Assembly: GCF_037042905.1 (NCBI RefSeq)
Contig: NC_087251.1
Span: 4,838,001 to 4,902,000 of the forward strand
From: Lytechinus pictus
Taxonomy: Eukaryota
Direction of reading: 5' to 3'
DNA: 64,000 nucleotides
A program made the position numbers and the translations under genes. Of the stretch, positions 1 to 13,116 are shown piece after piece (the first letter of the stretch is position 1; each line of letters opens with the position of its first letter). The notes below the pieces were generated by a model. It was not told where the DNA came from. It did not search any database and worked only from the letters and a program-made list of their open reading frames with translations.

Positions 1-512
1 CATTTTCCACTTAAAATTGTTCGACCAAACAATTAAATTGTTGGATTCAGCTTTATGCAAGGTTGGATATAACATTTGGAGAAGGTTGCCACTCCTCCAA
101 CCTTTCAGTTGTTAATTTAACGTTTCAGTTTTTAGAGTGGATCAGCTCATTTTGATTGTTGGTACGCCTCCTCAAATCATCGTTAAGATACAGGAAACTT
201 TCGGTTATTTATTAATATTTCAAATATCCTGCATATTTAGAAACTTAATTTGAATAGACTTTCCAATGGTGATGCATTGTTCATTTTTCTTATGCACCGT
301 CTATATACGCAAAACGACGACATTGGCATGTGATCTGCCCGACGACAGATAAAAAGAAAACTTCATAATTTACATATCAACTAGGTATGTGTAGTGGCTT
401 GGTCTTTTTTCGAAATAATTTCATGAAGGTAAAAGCTTGGGGTCGACATTATTCAAGGTAAAGAAAAAGGATTTGAAAAATATAAGCATTTTTACTTCCT
501 ACAAGGTGAGAA

Positions 513-740
513 CAGGGGCGGATCCAGGATTGTCCAAAAGGGAGGCACATTTTCCCTAGAAAAATTAGACAAGCCAAAAAATAAAGGCCTTCACTTTCAA
601 AAGGAGGGCGGGGAGCACACATCCGTTTTAACGGCATTTTTACATTACAAATTTTAATTGTGCCTCTCAAAGGGGGGGGGGCACAGCCGGCCCGTGCCCC
701 CCCCCCCCCCCTTGAGAGGCACAATTAAAATCCACCAGTG
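513..740. mobile_element. hAT-type MITE with rearranged right end
   Basis: Starts CAGGGGCGGATCCAGG and ends ...TCCACCAGTG. Flanks GGTGAGAA (505-512) and GGTGAGAT (741-748) form a 7/8 TSD. Confidence 0.65.
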
Positions 741-1774
741 GGTGAGATCATTAAAGGGCATTATTCCGCTGAATACTAAAAAAAATTGCAGCCTAAATGA
801 AACTTTTACCAACCTTTTGGGGTGTAATCTTGCACCCTAAAGTGTCTTTTAAGGTGCATAATAAATGAGCACCCCAACCCCTAGGGTTCAAATTTGAATC
901 CATATTTCTCTGTGAGTACAAATCAAACTGTCATTTTATTATACGAAACTATTGTCTTTTCAAACTATTTACATACTTGGGGGTGTGTATGTACTTTTGC
1001 ATGATAAAGCGGAGCTCAAATAAACATTCCTTAATTTATGTCACGAGGGTCCAAAGTCATGATCGAGCAAAAAAAGTATCGTGGAAGGTTAAACCATGGA
1101 GCTTATCCTTCATTGAAGTTTATAAGTTATAAGGACTCCGGTATGCCAAGAAACTTCTCAATGGTCGTGCAAACGTAACATCTATTGTAACAAATAATTG
1201 TATCAATGATGGAAACAAAATGACTAGTGACATATTTTCATGCATATTGAAAAACAATTAAAAAGATATGAATTTTGAAATCTAAACATAGCATCTGAAA
1301 TGAGATTTTGTACCAACCCCCCCCCCAAAAAAAAAAAATCCAGTTGGACCGATATGAACACGAAGTTTTTCCCATACCGTGATAATAAAGTATGAAAATG
1401 TATGAAACATTTTTTTTTCTCCATCAAGAAGAATTCTTTTACTATAGGCTACATATTACCCAAAATTAATTGACGAGGAAATGAGGTTGATCGCCTTATT
1501 CTCCCCAAATTAATGAACAGCATAAAATTAGCTCGAATTTTGCTAAAATGCTACCAATTTCTTTATAATTCTGCTATGTTTAAGAGAATTTTCAATTTTG
1601 AGTTATTTGTCGGGTGTAAATCAGTACTGTCCATCGGGATGTTGAAATCTCATAGTCCTTAAAAAAGGCGTGCATCTTTATTGCCTAGACCAATCTTCAA
1701 AGGGTATGACATTGTCTATACAGTATAGAGATCAAATAGAAAAAAAATCTACTAGTAAATATTGTTCGCTTCTA

Positions 1775-2720
1775 CAGTGCGTATAAAAAAAAGTTTACAC
1801 TTTGAAAAAGCCCTGGGAATTAAAAAATATACAACATGTGGGTAATTTATTCACATATAATCTTGGGTTGGGTCTCATCTATCCAATGGAAGTAAAAGTT
1901 TTGACAGAATGATATACTTGAGTGAGCACTGTCCATTTTTGTAAAGCTCGCAGAAATCTGTTTGCGCAGAAATGCTGGTTTTCACGCTGTGTCAAGGGGA
2001 AAGGGCGAAATCAAACTTACCCTGCGAAATATTTCTCATAAAATTCCCTTGCACTTTTAGTCAATTGAAATAAAACGGATACATTCAAGCATTTCGTAAC
2101 AATTTTGCCACCCAAATTGAAATTTCAACACGTAGTAAGCACAACCTTTACCCTTTTTGTGCCAGCTGGATCTGAGGACTTAACTGAATCTGAACAAAAA
2201 CTTATATCAGACATCTCCAGCATTTTATCACTAGGTTTTTATCATTTAAAATGGGTTTACATTTCATTTTTCATTTAATACTTGTTTCTCCACACTTTTT
2301 CCAAGCTTGACGATGATTAACAAAATGAAAATCAAGCCTTAGCCATTTCATGTAAATCACAGCTCAGTGTAAAGCAAATATCGTCACGATGGCCTCGGTG
2401 GGTGGGGGAGTGGGATGGGTTGCAATGCACTCTTCGAAGTGTTTTGGGCAAGGAAACAAGTTAAAAAGGGTAAAAGATATCTTCAAATTAATTTTATTAG
2501 CTAAATTCCACGTGTTCTTCATGATTAAGGTTACTTTTATTCACATAACTATTTCAAAGTAAGTGGTGCTCACTCAAGCGGAAATATTTTTCGACAGTTA
2601 TATCGTCATTTGCTTAAATGGATCTGTACTAATTTTAGAATGTGGAAAAATCTTCAGGATATTACAAATGTACAATTTTACAGGATTTTTTCTAAGTGTA
2701 AACTTTTTTTTGATACGCAC
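1775..2720. mobile_element. Tc1/mariner-type non-autonomous element
   Basis: Left TA|CAGTGCGTATAAAAAAAAGTTTACACTT is inverted to right AAGTGTAAACTTTTTTTTGATACGCAC. The extreme right tip is altered and there is no ORF. Confidence 0.7.
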
Positions 2721-2859
2721 CAGTGTTGTATAGATGAATGTTTGGATTTCATCCCACATAGAAATTCTAGAAGCTCTATTTTGTCCCGTACTTAGAACCT
2801 TGTAAGATTATTTGAAGAAGAAAACGGTTCTAGTCCTTTAGAACCGCTTTATTATTTCA

Positions 2860-3123
2860 TGTGGGGGCATCGTGGTCTAGCGGTTATGACTCTCGTCTTT
2901 AAATATTGGTTCGAATCCTAGCCATGGCGTGTTTTTCAGCAAGGAATTCACCCACATTGTGTTGCACTCAACCCAGGTGAGGTGAATGAGTACCTGATAG
3001 GAATAAATTCCTCGAATGCTCGAGTGCCTAGTATAGGTAGCCGAGCTAAAGCCGGGAGAATTGTTTTCAGAACTGAATTGGCTACCCTGGTTAAATATAC
3101 CATTATTAATAGTATTGTTGTTG
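2860..3123 (+). mobile_element. tRNA-derived SINE
   Basis: A box GTGGTCTAGCGG, B box GGTTCGAATCC, central CACTCAACCCAGGTG...AATGAGTACC domain, (TTA/TTG)n tail. 11-bp TSD TTATTATTTCA at 2849-2859 and 3124-3134. Confidence 0.85.
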
Positions 3124-3302
3124 TTATTATTTCACAGGGAACCCTCCAGGTTCTTAATACACTTTATAGGTTCTTGGTGTAAAGAACCCTATACAAAATT
3201 GGTTGTAGTACCAAAAAAGCTCTAAAGGACATTTTACACTCTTAAAAAGGTTGGGCAAAAAAAGGCCAAATTTTTAACCATCACTTGGCAACATACTGTC
3301 CA

Positions 3303-3458
3303 CAGGGGCCGCGGAACGGTTTTCAAAGTGGGGGGGGGGGGGGCTGACCATGCAAAAAATCACAATCATATGGTCATTTTTACGTTTTTGTAAACGGTTT
3401 TGGAAAAATTGGGGGTGGGGGCTGAAGCCACCCCAGCCCCCCGCTTCTGCGGCTCCTG
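3303..3458. mobile_element. short hAT-type MITE
   Basis: Termini CAGGGGCCGCGGAA / TTCTGCGGCTCCTG. Partial TSD GTCCA on both sides. Confidence 0.6.
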
Positions 3459-4165
3459 GTCCACACAACTTTTGTTAAAATCTGCCCAACTTGGGTAATA
3501 AAAACTAATAATAGGGTAATATTTATGGTCAATTGGATAATAATTGCCCAGAATATATATATTTTTACCAACATACATTACCCAATAAAGTGGACAGTAT
3601 GTTGCCCAACATTGCAGAACCCTTTATCGTCCTTAAAAAGTTCCAAATACGGGACAAAGGAAGGTTCTAATAAGCACTTTTTTCTAAAAGTGTATTTTTT
3701 GCGTCGGAGCCAGAAAACTCGATCTGTCTTTACGAGCATGATCTTTGGCTACGGGTGATCGCTATTTATAATAGCTAATCTTTACTACGATCATCTTACG
3801 ATGTATTATAGTCTGCGATGTAGGGGACATCTAGAGGTGGCTACGAGCTCGATTTATCGTACCTGCTTTTATTTGTAAGGCCTCTTATAAAGGGACAAAG
3901 ACAAGGCCATACAGAGGCTGTAATGAGATTATTAACAATCGTATGAAGGTCGTGAGGAGATGCAAGGAAGTCGTACGTTGCCTCGAGGAGGGGGAGTAAT
4001 TGATGGGTCTCCGGTTTGTTCCCTCACTCCTACGCAAGCATCTAAATAGAGTAATCATGAATTTTTAATGTTGAATTATAACGTTCACCAGAGCGATAGG
4101 AGAGTCTAAAATTTGCTCGATTTTTTGTATTCTTTCTAAAAATCATTAGTAAAGAGTTGTCTTAC

Positions 4166-4439
4166 CTCCAGTGTCGTCAACATCGGTTGGTTCGCACGAT
4201 TCAAGTTTCGTTTGTGCATCGACAAGGCGATCGATGTCTCCATTCGCAACAGAGCGTAATTCAGCAACGTTGTTATTTTCTTTGACAGGGTGATCACAGT
4301 TCTTTCCCAATTGTTTGGCTGATCGGGACCCATCTCGATCACGGGTTATACGTACAAAGCTCGCTACGACGAATCCAATGATGATGGCGAGTATATGCGA
4401 CCAATAGGCCGACAGGAATGGCGCGTATGTGTCAAACAT
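4166..4439 (-). CDS. candidate first coding exon of a gene for an N-terminally membrane-anchored protein, continuing leftwards
   Basis: ACC-ATG at 4439 (in-frame alternative ATG at 4451). Reads MFDTYAPFLSAYWSHILAIIIGFVVASFVRITRD..., a hydrophobic helix followed by a charged linker. GC content is higher than the flanks, and it ends at a strong GAG|GTAAGA donor (phase 1). Family not recognised. Confidence 0.6.
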
Positions 4440-4921
4440 GGTGTCAATCATGAGACGAAAACTGGAAAAAATAATCAGCTCCCAGACGGAATCTCTCAAA
4501 TAATCGTATATTTGATGGAGGTAATATTGCGAAGATGTTGTATACTTTGTGAAGTGAAATAATGCACACGCCCAGATGTCGACTGCTTCACAGCCACGTT
4601 CGGTTTTAACTAAATTGTTCTGTTGAGAGCAAGCGGAACGAAAGATCCGTTGGCCCTTTCTCAATGCTTCCATGCAACAATAGGATTTACGGAGCACGTT
4701 ATTGACTTGGTACTACTATGACGTAAGCTACAGCAGAACATCGCATGCCTCTTAATTATTGGAAGCAGAGGTGCTGGGGTGCTGAAACACCCCCAAGATT
4801 TGTCTGATTTGATTCGTTTGCCTATAATATGTATCACCCCCTGGAAATATAGGGTCAATGTGCTGAAAAGTAGAAATTTAACCAAAATCACCTTCATTTG
4901 GCATTTTCAAGCAAAACTCAG

Positions 4922-5078
4922 GGGAGCGTTTCATAAACATTTCCATCCGACAAGTTGTCAGATCTGATAACTTTCCTTGATTTTGATTGGCTGAGAAGCA
5001 CTGTTACTATGGTAACTGTCAGATAAGACAAGACTTGTCGGATAAAACGTCTGACAAGTCCTTTCATGAAACACTCCC
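4922..5078. mobile_element. PIF/Harbinger-type MITE nested in an older hAT-like element
   Basis: TIRs GGGAGCGTTTCAT / ATGAAACACTCCC. 3-bp TSD CAG on both sides. Confidence 0.75.
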
Positions 5079-6351
5079 CAGCACCCCTCTTAAAATCGTT
5101 CCCAGGGCCCAGCGGGAGCTGAAGGGCCCCCGATAAAATTGAACCAAGATGGGGGAGGGGGGAGCAGTGTAAGATTATGATTTGACTGGAAACCAGCTAA
5201 AGTGTGAATATTTTTTTATATGCCTCAAATTGTAAAGCAGGATTTGCCTATTGTTAGAATAAGCAAGTCAAATTATCTTTAATATTGATGATCACAATAA
5301 ATATAAATTATTAGAAATCAAATTTTGAAAGACTAAGAATAACTACTTGCATACAAAAATTTCCGGAATATTTCCGGGAAGTATAATCGGTTTTGAATCT
5401 TTGCCAGTCGTAAGACTGCTTATACCCAGTTCCCACTTAATCGTGGAGTAATCGTGGTGATGTTATCGTGGCTTTCGTAAAGGATCGCACGAAAGTGGAA
5501 ACGAGGTATAGACCTGACTACGACTAGGTCCGATTTTAACTTCAATATTTGTAAGTAGTTCCCACTGTCGTGATTTGAGCCACGATTGAAATCGTGGTGA
5601 TCGTATCAGATCACGGAGTCAGTCGTAGCAATCGTAGTGATTGTAGAAATTTTTTTGAACTATTCCATTTTTTTCTACGATCAGCACGATGAGCTGTCAA
5701 TCGTGATAATCGCATCACAATGCATTTGAATGCAAGAGAACGTGACAAAATACCTCTACTCCTTGTTTTAAATCGGGGTGATCTTAGCCATCCTGAGACA
5801 AGTTTAGTGTGTATTATTTCATTTGGCGACCTATGAAGAAGGGTAATTAAGGATCCCTCAATATGTTTGTATTTTTTGTGGGGGGGGGGGGGTGACTACG
5901 TCAAAAATGTATATATACCTTTCTTTGTTTTGGAAGAGGAAAAGGATTGTTTGCAAATTAAATTTCTGATTTTCAGAAAGAATTTTGAAATTTGCATTGT
6001 TTTATCATTTTGTTTGTGGTGGTCGTGGATTTATTTATTCATTTTATTATTTATTCAATTCTGTTTTCTTCAGACAGGGTGATCTCTTCAGTACATAAAA
6101 ATCTGCTTTTCGAAAGAGCCCTATATTTCATTTCTTTAATAACTATTCTTTTACGCAACCCAAAACATGTTTACGCTTGCACAATAATGGCTGGTGCATA
6201 TTCGGAACCATCTTTGAGATGCTGGACATTCCATACCTAAAAGCCTACGCAAGAGACTATTATGTCTCCAGTGGATATGTTCTCAGAGTATATCTGAGAC
6301 CAGGTGAGAGGGCCTGTCTAAAGTTTTCCCTCTTAATTAATGGGGCCATCC

Positions 6352-7059
6352 CATGGCTCATGGGAAGCGGGGGTGCTGTATAGAGTTTTAGATCAGAATA
6401 TCACAAATTCTGCTTGCGCTTCGCGCTCACATTATTAATGTAAGAAGATTACAAATTATCCATCCTTTTCCTGATTTACAAAACATGAATGTGTCCCGTT
6501 TTTAGGTCTGAAATCTCAATTTTGTTTCCCCTCGTGCTTCGTGCTCGCATCATTATACCTATCCTGTTCATGATTAGAAAAGTGCTTAGAATGTCCTGTA
6601 TGTTTTTAGGTCTGAAATCTCAATTTTGTTTTCCCTCGTTCAATATTCAATTTTCAGGATAGAATTCGTGAATTCTCAAAAAAAAATTAGCTCGCGCTAT
6701 CTAATTATATGTCTATGTTCTTAATTTTTATAAGAATAAAGCTAAGAAGTGATCTTTGAGGAGAGATATCAGCCCATTGAAAATATCGTTCCCAGGACCA
6801 CTAGCGTACCTACGGGGGGGGCAGTCTGCCCCCCCCCCCTGACGAGCTTGAAGACCTTTATTGCCCCCCCCCCCTGACGAGCTTGAAGACCCTTTTTTTT
6901 TTTTTTTTTTGCTTGTCAAATTTTTTTCTGGTACGAAATCCTTCATTTGTGATTGAAGACCTTTTTTTTTTTTTTTTTTTGGCTTGTCAAATTTTTTGGC
7001 GGATGGTTTTGCCCCCCCCCCTGTGAAAAATCCCAGGTACGCCACTGCCCAGGACATTG
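6352..7059. mobile_element. hAT non-autonomous element (GCTCGCGCTTCGCGCTCGC subterminal-repeat family)
   Basis: Perfect 8-bp TSD GGCCATCC at 6344-6351 and 7060-7067. Imperfect CA...TG TIRs. Confidence 0.75.
6799..7047. mobile_element. hAT MITE (CAGTGGCGTACC family), nested in the right TIR of the 6352-7059 element
   Basis: Termini CACTAGCGTACCT / AGGTACGCCACTG. Perfect 8-bp TSD CCCAGGAC. Same family at 25931-26236 and, truncated, at 31261-31420. Confidence 0.85.
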
Positions 7060-9640
7060 GGCCATCCTCTGCAAAACTTCACCCAAGAGCTGTGGTGTTA
7101 ATCTTGTGTAATTCTGGAATGCTACCCGACCTTCAAGAGCCCGGAGGACTGGCCCAAATGTTCTCTGTGTGCCATGGACAACCCAAAAAAACTGCCTGAC
7201 TGCAGATCTCCTGACTTTCTGTGGTTAGTGTTGCTGTTTGTTTTGCTGTCATCTTCCTACACTCCTGCCATTATGAATGATTGTAGGTCATATTATTCAT
7301 TATTTACTCTATGGAAAGTCAAGAAAAGAATGAAGGCTATGGCCACTTGGATTTTATTAATATCAGTCAGTCTCCAGATGTAGCGCAATTCGTAATAACT
7401 TTCGATCCCAGTCCGCATCATTTCGTAACAAACCACAGTGGTTCGTAATGGTCGTATCCGAAAGTACATGCACGTACCAGAAAGTCCTAAATCAGGTTTT
7501 CGATCGTGATGTTCGTTCGTATCAGATCTTTACCTAACCGCGTACTCAACCAGGACTATAATGTATTCGATCATATCTGAACGAGATACCAGATCGTAGC
7601 ACCTGAAAATGAACAATCGTGACCATATCCCATCCAAGCGCATTAAATCTTATCCATCAGTATTACCTCATATCTCAACGTAAAATTATAGATAATTTGA
7701 CAAAAAAAATCTGCGACCAGCTACGAAAGAACATTCGTATCGCGAATCTTGACAGTGGGAACTATGTTTTGTCATAAATTAAGGGGTTTCCATGTTCAAA
7801 TCAATTTTGTGTACTTCCCCTTCCCGTTAAAAATAGATTTACAAAATCAAATATCAGGTTACAATTACTGTAACTGAAGCGAGTTTTTAAATTTGAAAGA
7901 GAATAATACCGTATATCATGTATAGACACGATAGAAAGGAAACAATATTATGATATTATAACAACTGTGAATTTCACTGTCCTATTTGTGTACTGCGTGA
8001 AGAAACGATGGCTGTGACAACTTGATAAAGTGTACATGGCTAATACCACTGGCAAAGGTATTTCGTATGACTGTTGATATGAACAAGATGTGTATAATTT
8101 AATTTTACACATCTTTATCGATTAGCAGTTTTTGCTGCATGAAGAAATTTAATTCAAATTTTGGAATAATACATACCGTTATATCTCCCAATGCATTTAG
8201 CTTGAATATCATTTGAATTTAGAGAATTAAACCATCATGACCATAGTGATAACGCTGACAATAAAGGGAAATTATTCAAAGCATTGCAAATGAAATAACA
8301 AATAAACATGATAAACAAACGAACAAAAGAAAAAGTGAATAAATACAAAATTATTAAAAATTACCTGTGCAATTTATTACGATTCTATGTTTAGAAGAAA
8401 TAAAAATGCGGTTCTAGATCGGTTGCTTTTCAAACGTTTTCTGCTTATTTTACAAAAGTATATTTTTTCTTTCTGATGAATTACGATTATGATTACTACC
8501 ATTGACCTTCGTGCTGAAAAATATTGTAATGTTTATCTTTGCAATTGGCTATATTCAACAAGTGTTATTACAGTAAGTGGGCCCTAACAGCATGTTTTTT
8601 TCCAACAAGGTGTCATGATATTTAAATCAATTCATCATATTTCATCTTATTTTTTTTTAATTTCAGCTAACCATATAAAAGAAACGGAGCAAAATATTAA
8701 TCCTCCTTCATCATCCCTTGATGATTTGACCAGGTTTAATGATGAGTGTTTCAAGTTGATCAATAGAGGGCGGCAAACCCCTTTCTATCCTGTTTTAAAT
8801 TAGGCTGAAGTCAAGAAAACTGGAGGAACAAGTCAATAAAAAATAAAGAGAAATGTTGATTTTTTTTTTAATAACATGTTTTTACTATTAACATCAATAT
8901 TATAATTATCATTATCATTCTCAATAAATTAAAAGGCATCAGTAGAAATTGGGATTCTTTTTAAACAAAAAAAATTAATTTCATTTATTAATTTCATTAC
9001 TTAATCAAGATTATCATTCTTGTTGTCATTGTCATTGTCATCATCATCATCTTGATTATTACGACGACGACGACGATGATCATCTTTGTAATTTCCCAAG
9101 AATAGGAATCAGATATTACACATGTCAAGGCCGGATAGATGCAGAACTATCTTATCTATCATGGACGATATTTAAGCTATAATACAAACTCAGAATAATC
9201 ATCAGCCGTCAACTTCCCATGCAAAGGTTAGCAGAACACCCAGGCGGTAGCCCCAAGGGCAGCTGCTACAAGAATATCCAGATCTGTAGGGATGTTCTCC
9301 TCTGTAGATACATAATTATGTATAATAGAGTTTGTTGTAGAAAAAAGGTGTATGGTGTATAATTATGTAGGGGATTTAAATAAATATATGTTTCTATCCG
9401 TTAAGAGCGATTGTATTTTTTGTAATCGGATAATGTAAGGAAATAGTTTATATTAATGAGTAATATGGGGGGCATTGTCAAAATAATTCTAAAGTTTGCT
9501 AGACATTAACTCTATATAGAGCTAAAGTGTGTAGGTATACTTTAAAAGGGTCTAAAATTTAAAAGTCGTAGTTGTGATTTGTAACCACTTCTCGAGACTA
9601 CATCTCCCCAAGTGCATTTAGGAGTATTCAGTAAACTATA

Positions 9641-9990
9641 GGTCACACGGGCCTATTAACAACGGGAAAGAAAAATATATTAATTCGAGCCAACCCTTCT
9701 TATTAAAAAAAAATATTTTGATATAGCTGATTGACAAAGTAGAATATGATTGTCCCTCTATCACTGATTCTTTGGAGGGTAACTACTGAACTTCCTTTCC
9801 AAAATTGGGAAGAAATATCTCCAACTATGGAACTATATTTGGTGACTGGCGGAAGGATTATGGCGATTTTACTGTTTCAGGCGATGGATTTAATCCCTCA
9901 GGAGATGTCTTCATGAATGCCGATTTATTTTTAAAATCGAGGGACCCTTTTCTGGTCAGATATGGACTGTCCACAGAGATATATCTCTAT
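9641..9990 (-). repeat. diverged inverted copy of the ~465-bp repeat at 60002 and 62064
   Basis: Begins GGTCACACGGGCCTA, the reverse complement of that family's right end. Shares ATTCGAGCCAACCC, GACTGGCGGAAGGATTA and GGGACCCTTTTCTGGTCAGATATGG in reverse complement. Confidence 0.7.
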
Positions 9991-10589
9991 GGGATTGTCA
10001 GATATTTTTTTAATCGGCTGCTCACAAAGTTAAACAATACCTTTAATCTTCCCAGAATACCCAAAATGCCTCCCAAAATCCAACCGAATTCCATCGGAAT
10101 ACATCCCAAATGTGGCCCGAATGAAATTTGTTGTGGTCACATTCGGGAGTATTCTGGAGGGTATTCGGCTGGTTTTGAACATTTCAAAATGAGCTGAATT
10201 CATGAATAACAATAATTATGATTACAGAGTAAATAAAACAAAAATTGTAATTACAGGATTATATCAAAACTTAGTCTACTTGCAAGATATATCTCATGAC
10301 ATGGAAGGTAATATAAAAAAGAAAGGGAGATAGCACTGCCGGGGAGAGGGAGAGAAAGAAAGTGATTGGGAGAAGAGGAGAGAAAGAGAGGGAGAAGGTG
10401 GAGAGAGATGTGAGAGAGAGGAGGAGTGGTACTGGAAAATAGAATGAGAAAATTGAGTAAAAGAGAAGGAGGCTGGGGAGATTGGAATGAAAACATAGAC
10501 GTAAAATATATAATAGTTTATCATGATAAACAAAATACATACTAGGCACATAAATATTCTTTATAAGATACAAACAGAGATTTCCACAT

Positions 10590-10760
10590 TGTGATGCACT
10601 CAAACCACGTGAGGTAATTGGGGTCCGGTATAGGAAGTTATTCCTCAAAAAGCTGTGCGAGCACCGGAAAGCCGGGGTAATATCATGAATATAGGAGCGC
10701 CTTGAGCATCTAACAAGGTGGATACGTGCGCTATACAAATTTTATTTATTTATTTTTAAT
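10590..10760 (+). mobile_element. 5'-truncated SINE body and tail
   Basis: GCACTCAAACCACGTGAGG...GCCGGGGTAA resembles the SINE at 2860. Ends GCGCTATACAAAT(TTTA)n. Confidence 0.5.
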
Positions 10761-11607
10761 TCTCATTAAAAACATTCAACATGAGTATCATTAATATAAT
10801 CAAATATTTCAACAAGACAATAATTGCAGTCATTCTAAACTTACATGTATGTTTATACTACAGATTAACGATGGAAAGCCCAAGAATAGATTATAAAAAA
10901 AAATAGAGAAAGAGAGAGGGGTATACATAGCGAAGGGTGTACAAGAAAGTCATAGAGAGAGAAACGCGGACAGAGGGGGGGGGGGTGCACGTACACAAAG
11001 TATACTATGTATATTAAAAAGAAATGGAATAAGAAGGCATGTTGATATGGTACCACCGAGATGTTGGACCACTGGACATGTTGGAAGACAATCAAGTGAC
11101 AATCGCAGTGTGTGATTAACGTAACGTTTTACTACTTTTCCAATGTCAAATCAAAATCAGTTCCCAAACTGGAAAATTATGAATACGCCCCTGACACAAT
11201 AATGTAGCTATGCTATCATAATAATTGTATCCCCGAGTACGTCCAGTCCGACACGTATTTTGTGACCGATAAGGGATAATAATATACTTGTGTCTGTGAA
11301 AACTATTTGAAACAGACTTGCAGAATCTCATCCTACACAATCCTACAGTGTGAAATCGTCTTCACATTGTAAAATCTGAGCATTTCAACAGTGTGAATAA
11401 CATATCCACCCGGGATATCCACATAGGCATGATAGTCGGCCATAATTATGTCAACACGCTGTGAACAGTCATACCGTCGAGGTCTCCACATTGAAAATAA
11501 TTATGTTCACACTGTTGAATTTGAGCATTTTAACAGTGTGAATTAAATTTTCACATAGTCCACACTGTGAACACACTGTGATCACACTGTGTGACACTGT
11601 GTTCTAT

Positions 11608-11808
11608 TCAGCAGAAATCACCATGAGGATTCCCACGAACGTCAAATTCTGCATTCTGCATCTGTTGTCGCCGTTTAGTGATATTTTTAATGTATCGGGA
11701 AAGACGAGTGGAGATCAAAGTGAAGAGCTCTTCTTGGAACTCTCTGAAACTGTTGACAAATGAAGACACGGCGCCAAGGCACATGTAGAGATAAGTGAAG
11801 ATAAAGAT
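11608..11808 (-). CDS. K2P potassium channel, exon 3 (TM4 and C-terminus, stop)
   Basis: Acceptor TTTTTGTTCCAG|ATC, phase 0. IFIFTYLYMCLGAVSSFVNSF (M4 helix) ...PHGDFC*. Confidence 0.85.
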   Translation of the reverse strand: MFIFTYLYMCLGAVSSFVNSFREFQEELFTLISTRLSRYIKNITKRRQQMQNAEFDVRGNPHGDFC

Positions 11809-12365
11809 CTGGAACAAAAAGAAACATATACAATTTTAGTCAATTACAGAGTGATTTTTCGTCGCTCACACCACTTCCAGAATGGATGAGTCAGATCGGA
11901 TTGCTTTAAAATGATGATTTCAAAATTTGGTCTGATGGCAGCTTAACAAGATTTCTAACACACAGGCTTTATGATATTGTCTCTGGCGAAAACTGCTTCT
12001 GTATAACACCTGCAAAACAATGGACCTACTACATAGGTTCATGGCAAAACATATCCCTAACCATAATCCTAATCCACACATCTCAAACTCTAGCATAACC
12101 ATGATAACCCTAATCTTAACCATATTATGTATAAATTAATACAGAAGCATCGACGTGGGAGCTTATATTGGCCATTTCTGATGGTAGGACTTCGAGTTTA
12201 AAATCACATGACCCTAACTCTGCAATAGCACTATTTCGTATTGTCCAACATCCCATGTATATAGGCCTACGTTCCTGGAGAAAAGTGTCAGAACAATCAG
12301 AAGCAGGCTTAGGTAACATCATTGGTCTAGTCACATCATTTACCCCTAAGATCAACATGACTTAC

Positions 12366-12751
12366 TCTTAACAAATCCAGCTGAAAACCAGAAATTCCTG
12401 AGAAGTCTGGTCGAATATCTCCGAACCCTATGGTGGTCACAGTCTCAACTATATAGTAAAAACTGCTTGTGAATGTCCAGTTCTGCTGCGTGAAGTAGTA
12501 TGCTAAACTGGGCGGGATGAGCATCAGTATGACGATATGATATACCAAAGTCATATCAGCAGAAACAATCCCAATTTTTGGACAGCGCTTTAGACAGATC
12601 TGTAGACTCATACTGATTCTGTTGAGGCAGAGCCTCTGGAGGATTTGACCCACTGAGCCAATTAAACTCCATGTAAGTAAGATGCCTACGACAGCGTAAG
12701 GCATGCAGAAGATCTGAGCCAGTCCCGTACGTGGAGAACAATAACCAAATC
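12366..12751 (-). CDS. K2P potassium channel, exon 2 (end of pore 1, TM2, TM3, pore 2)
   Basis: Acceptor CTTTCTTCAG|GA completes TTVG-FG. GFGYCSPRT...FCMPYAVVGI...WTFTSSFYYIVETVTTIGFGDIRP is the K2P signature. Donor AGA|GTAAGT. Confidence 0.92.
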
Positions 12752-12959
12752 CTGAAGAAAGTATAAAGACGGATAAACAAACCCTAAAATAGTTATCATG
12801 GTTCATGAATATATATAGTTGCCTGTGGGGTGGGCATAACTCAAGTCTTATTTCATTTAAATGACAATTTGAATGAATATTAATCGCAAGGGCCCCAAAT
12901 TACAACATTAAAATTTTCGGTTGACTATGTCCATAGGTTGACTGATAATAGTATACAAA

Positions 12960-13116
12960 TAATGAATGTTTATGAGTGCAATGGACAGAATACTTCATGA
13001 GGTGAAAGATGAAATGATCCATTCAACGAGGCGTAGCCGAGTTGAATAGATCATTCATTTAATCTTTCATCGAATGAAATATTCTGTCTATTGCACGAAT
13101 AGAAATAACATTCATT
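12960..13116. repeat. imperfect ~155-bp palindrome centred on CAACGAGGCGTAGCCGAGTTG, part of a dispersed non-autonomous element
   Basis: Arms AATGAATGTTT...TGCAATGGACAGAATA...ATCCATTCAAC and GTTGAATAGAT...TATTCTGTCTATTGCA...AACATTCATT. Confidence 0.65.

Larger units (their letters stand above)
5556..7764. mobile_element. TIR element with (A)TCGT-rich subterminal arrays, carrying nested hAT insertions
   Basis: TAGTTCCCACTGTCGTGATT (5556-5575) and AATCTTGACAGTGGGAACTA (7745-7764) match 18/20 as an inverted pair. TCGT/ACGA motifs are dense at both ends. Confidence 0.55.

Noticed and set aside
9805..10197. 130-aa ORF
   Set aside because: It lies largely within a diverged copy of the non-coding 60002/62064 repeat and starts at TTG.
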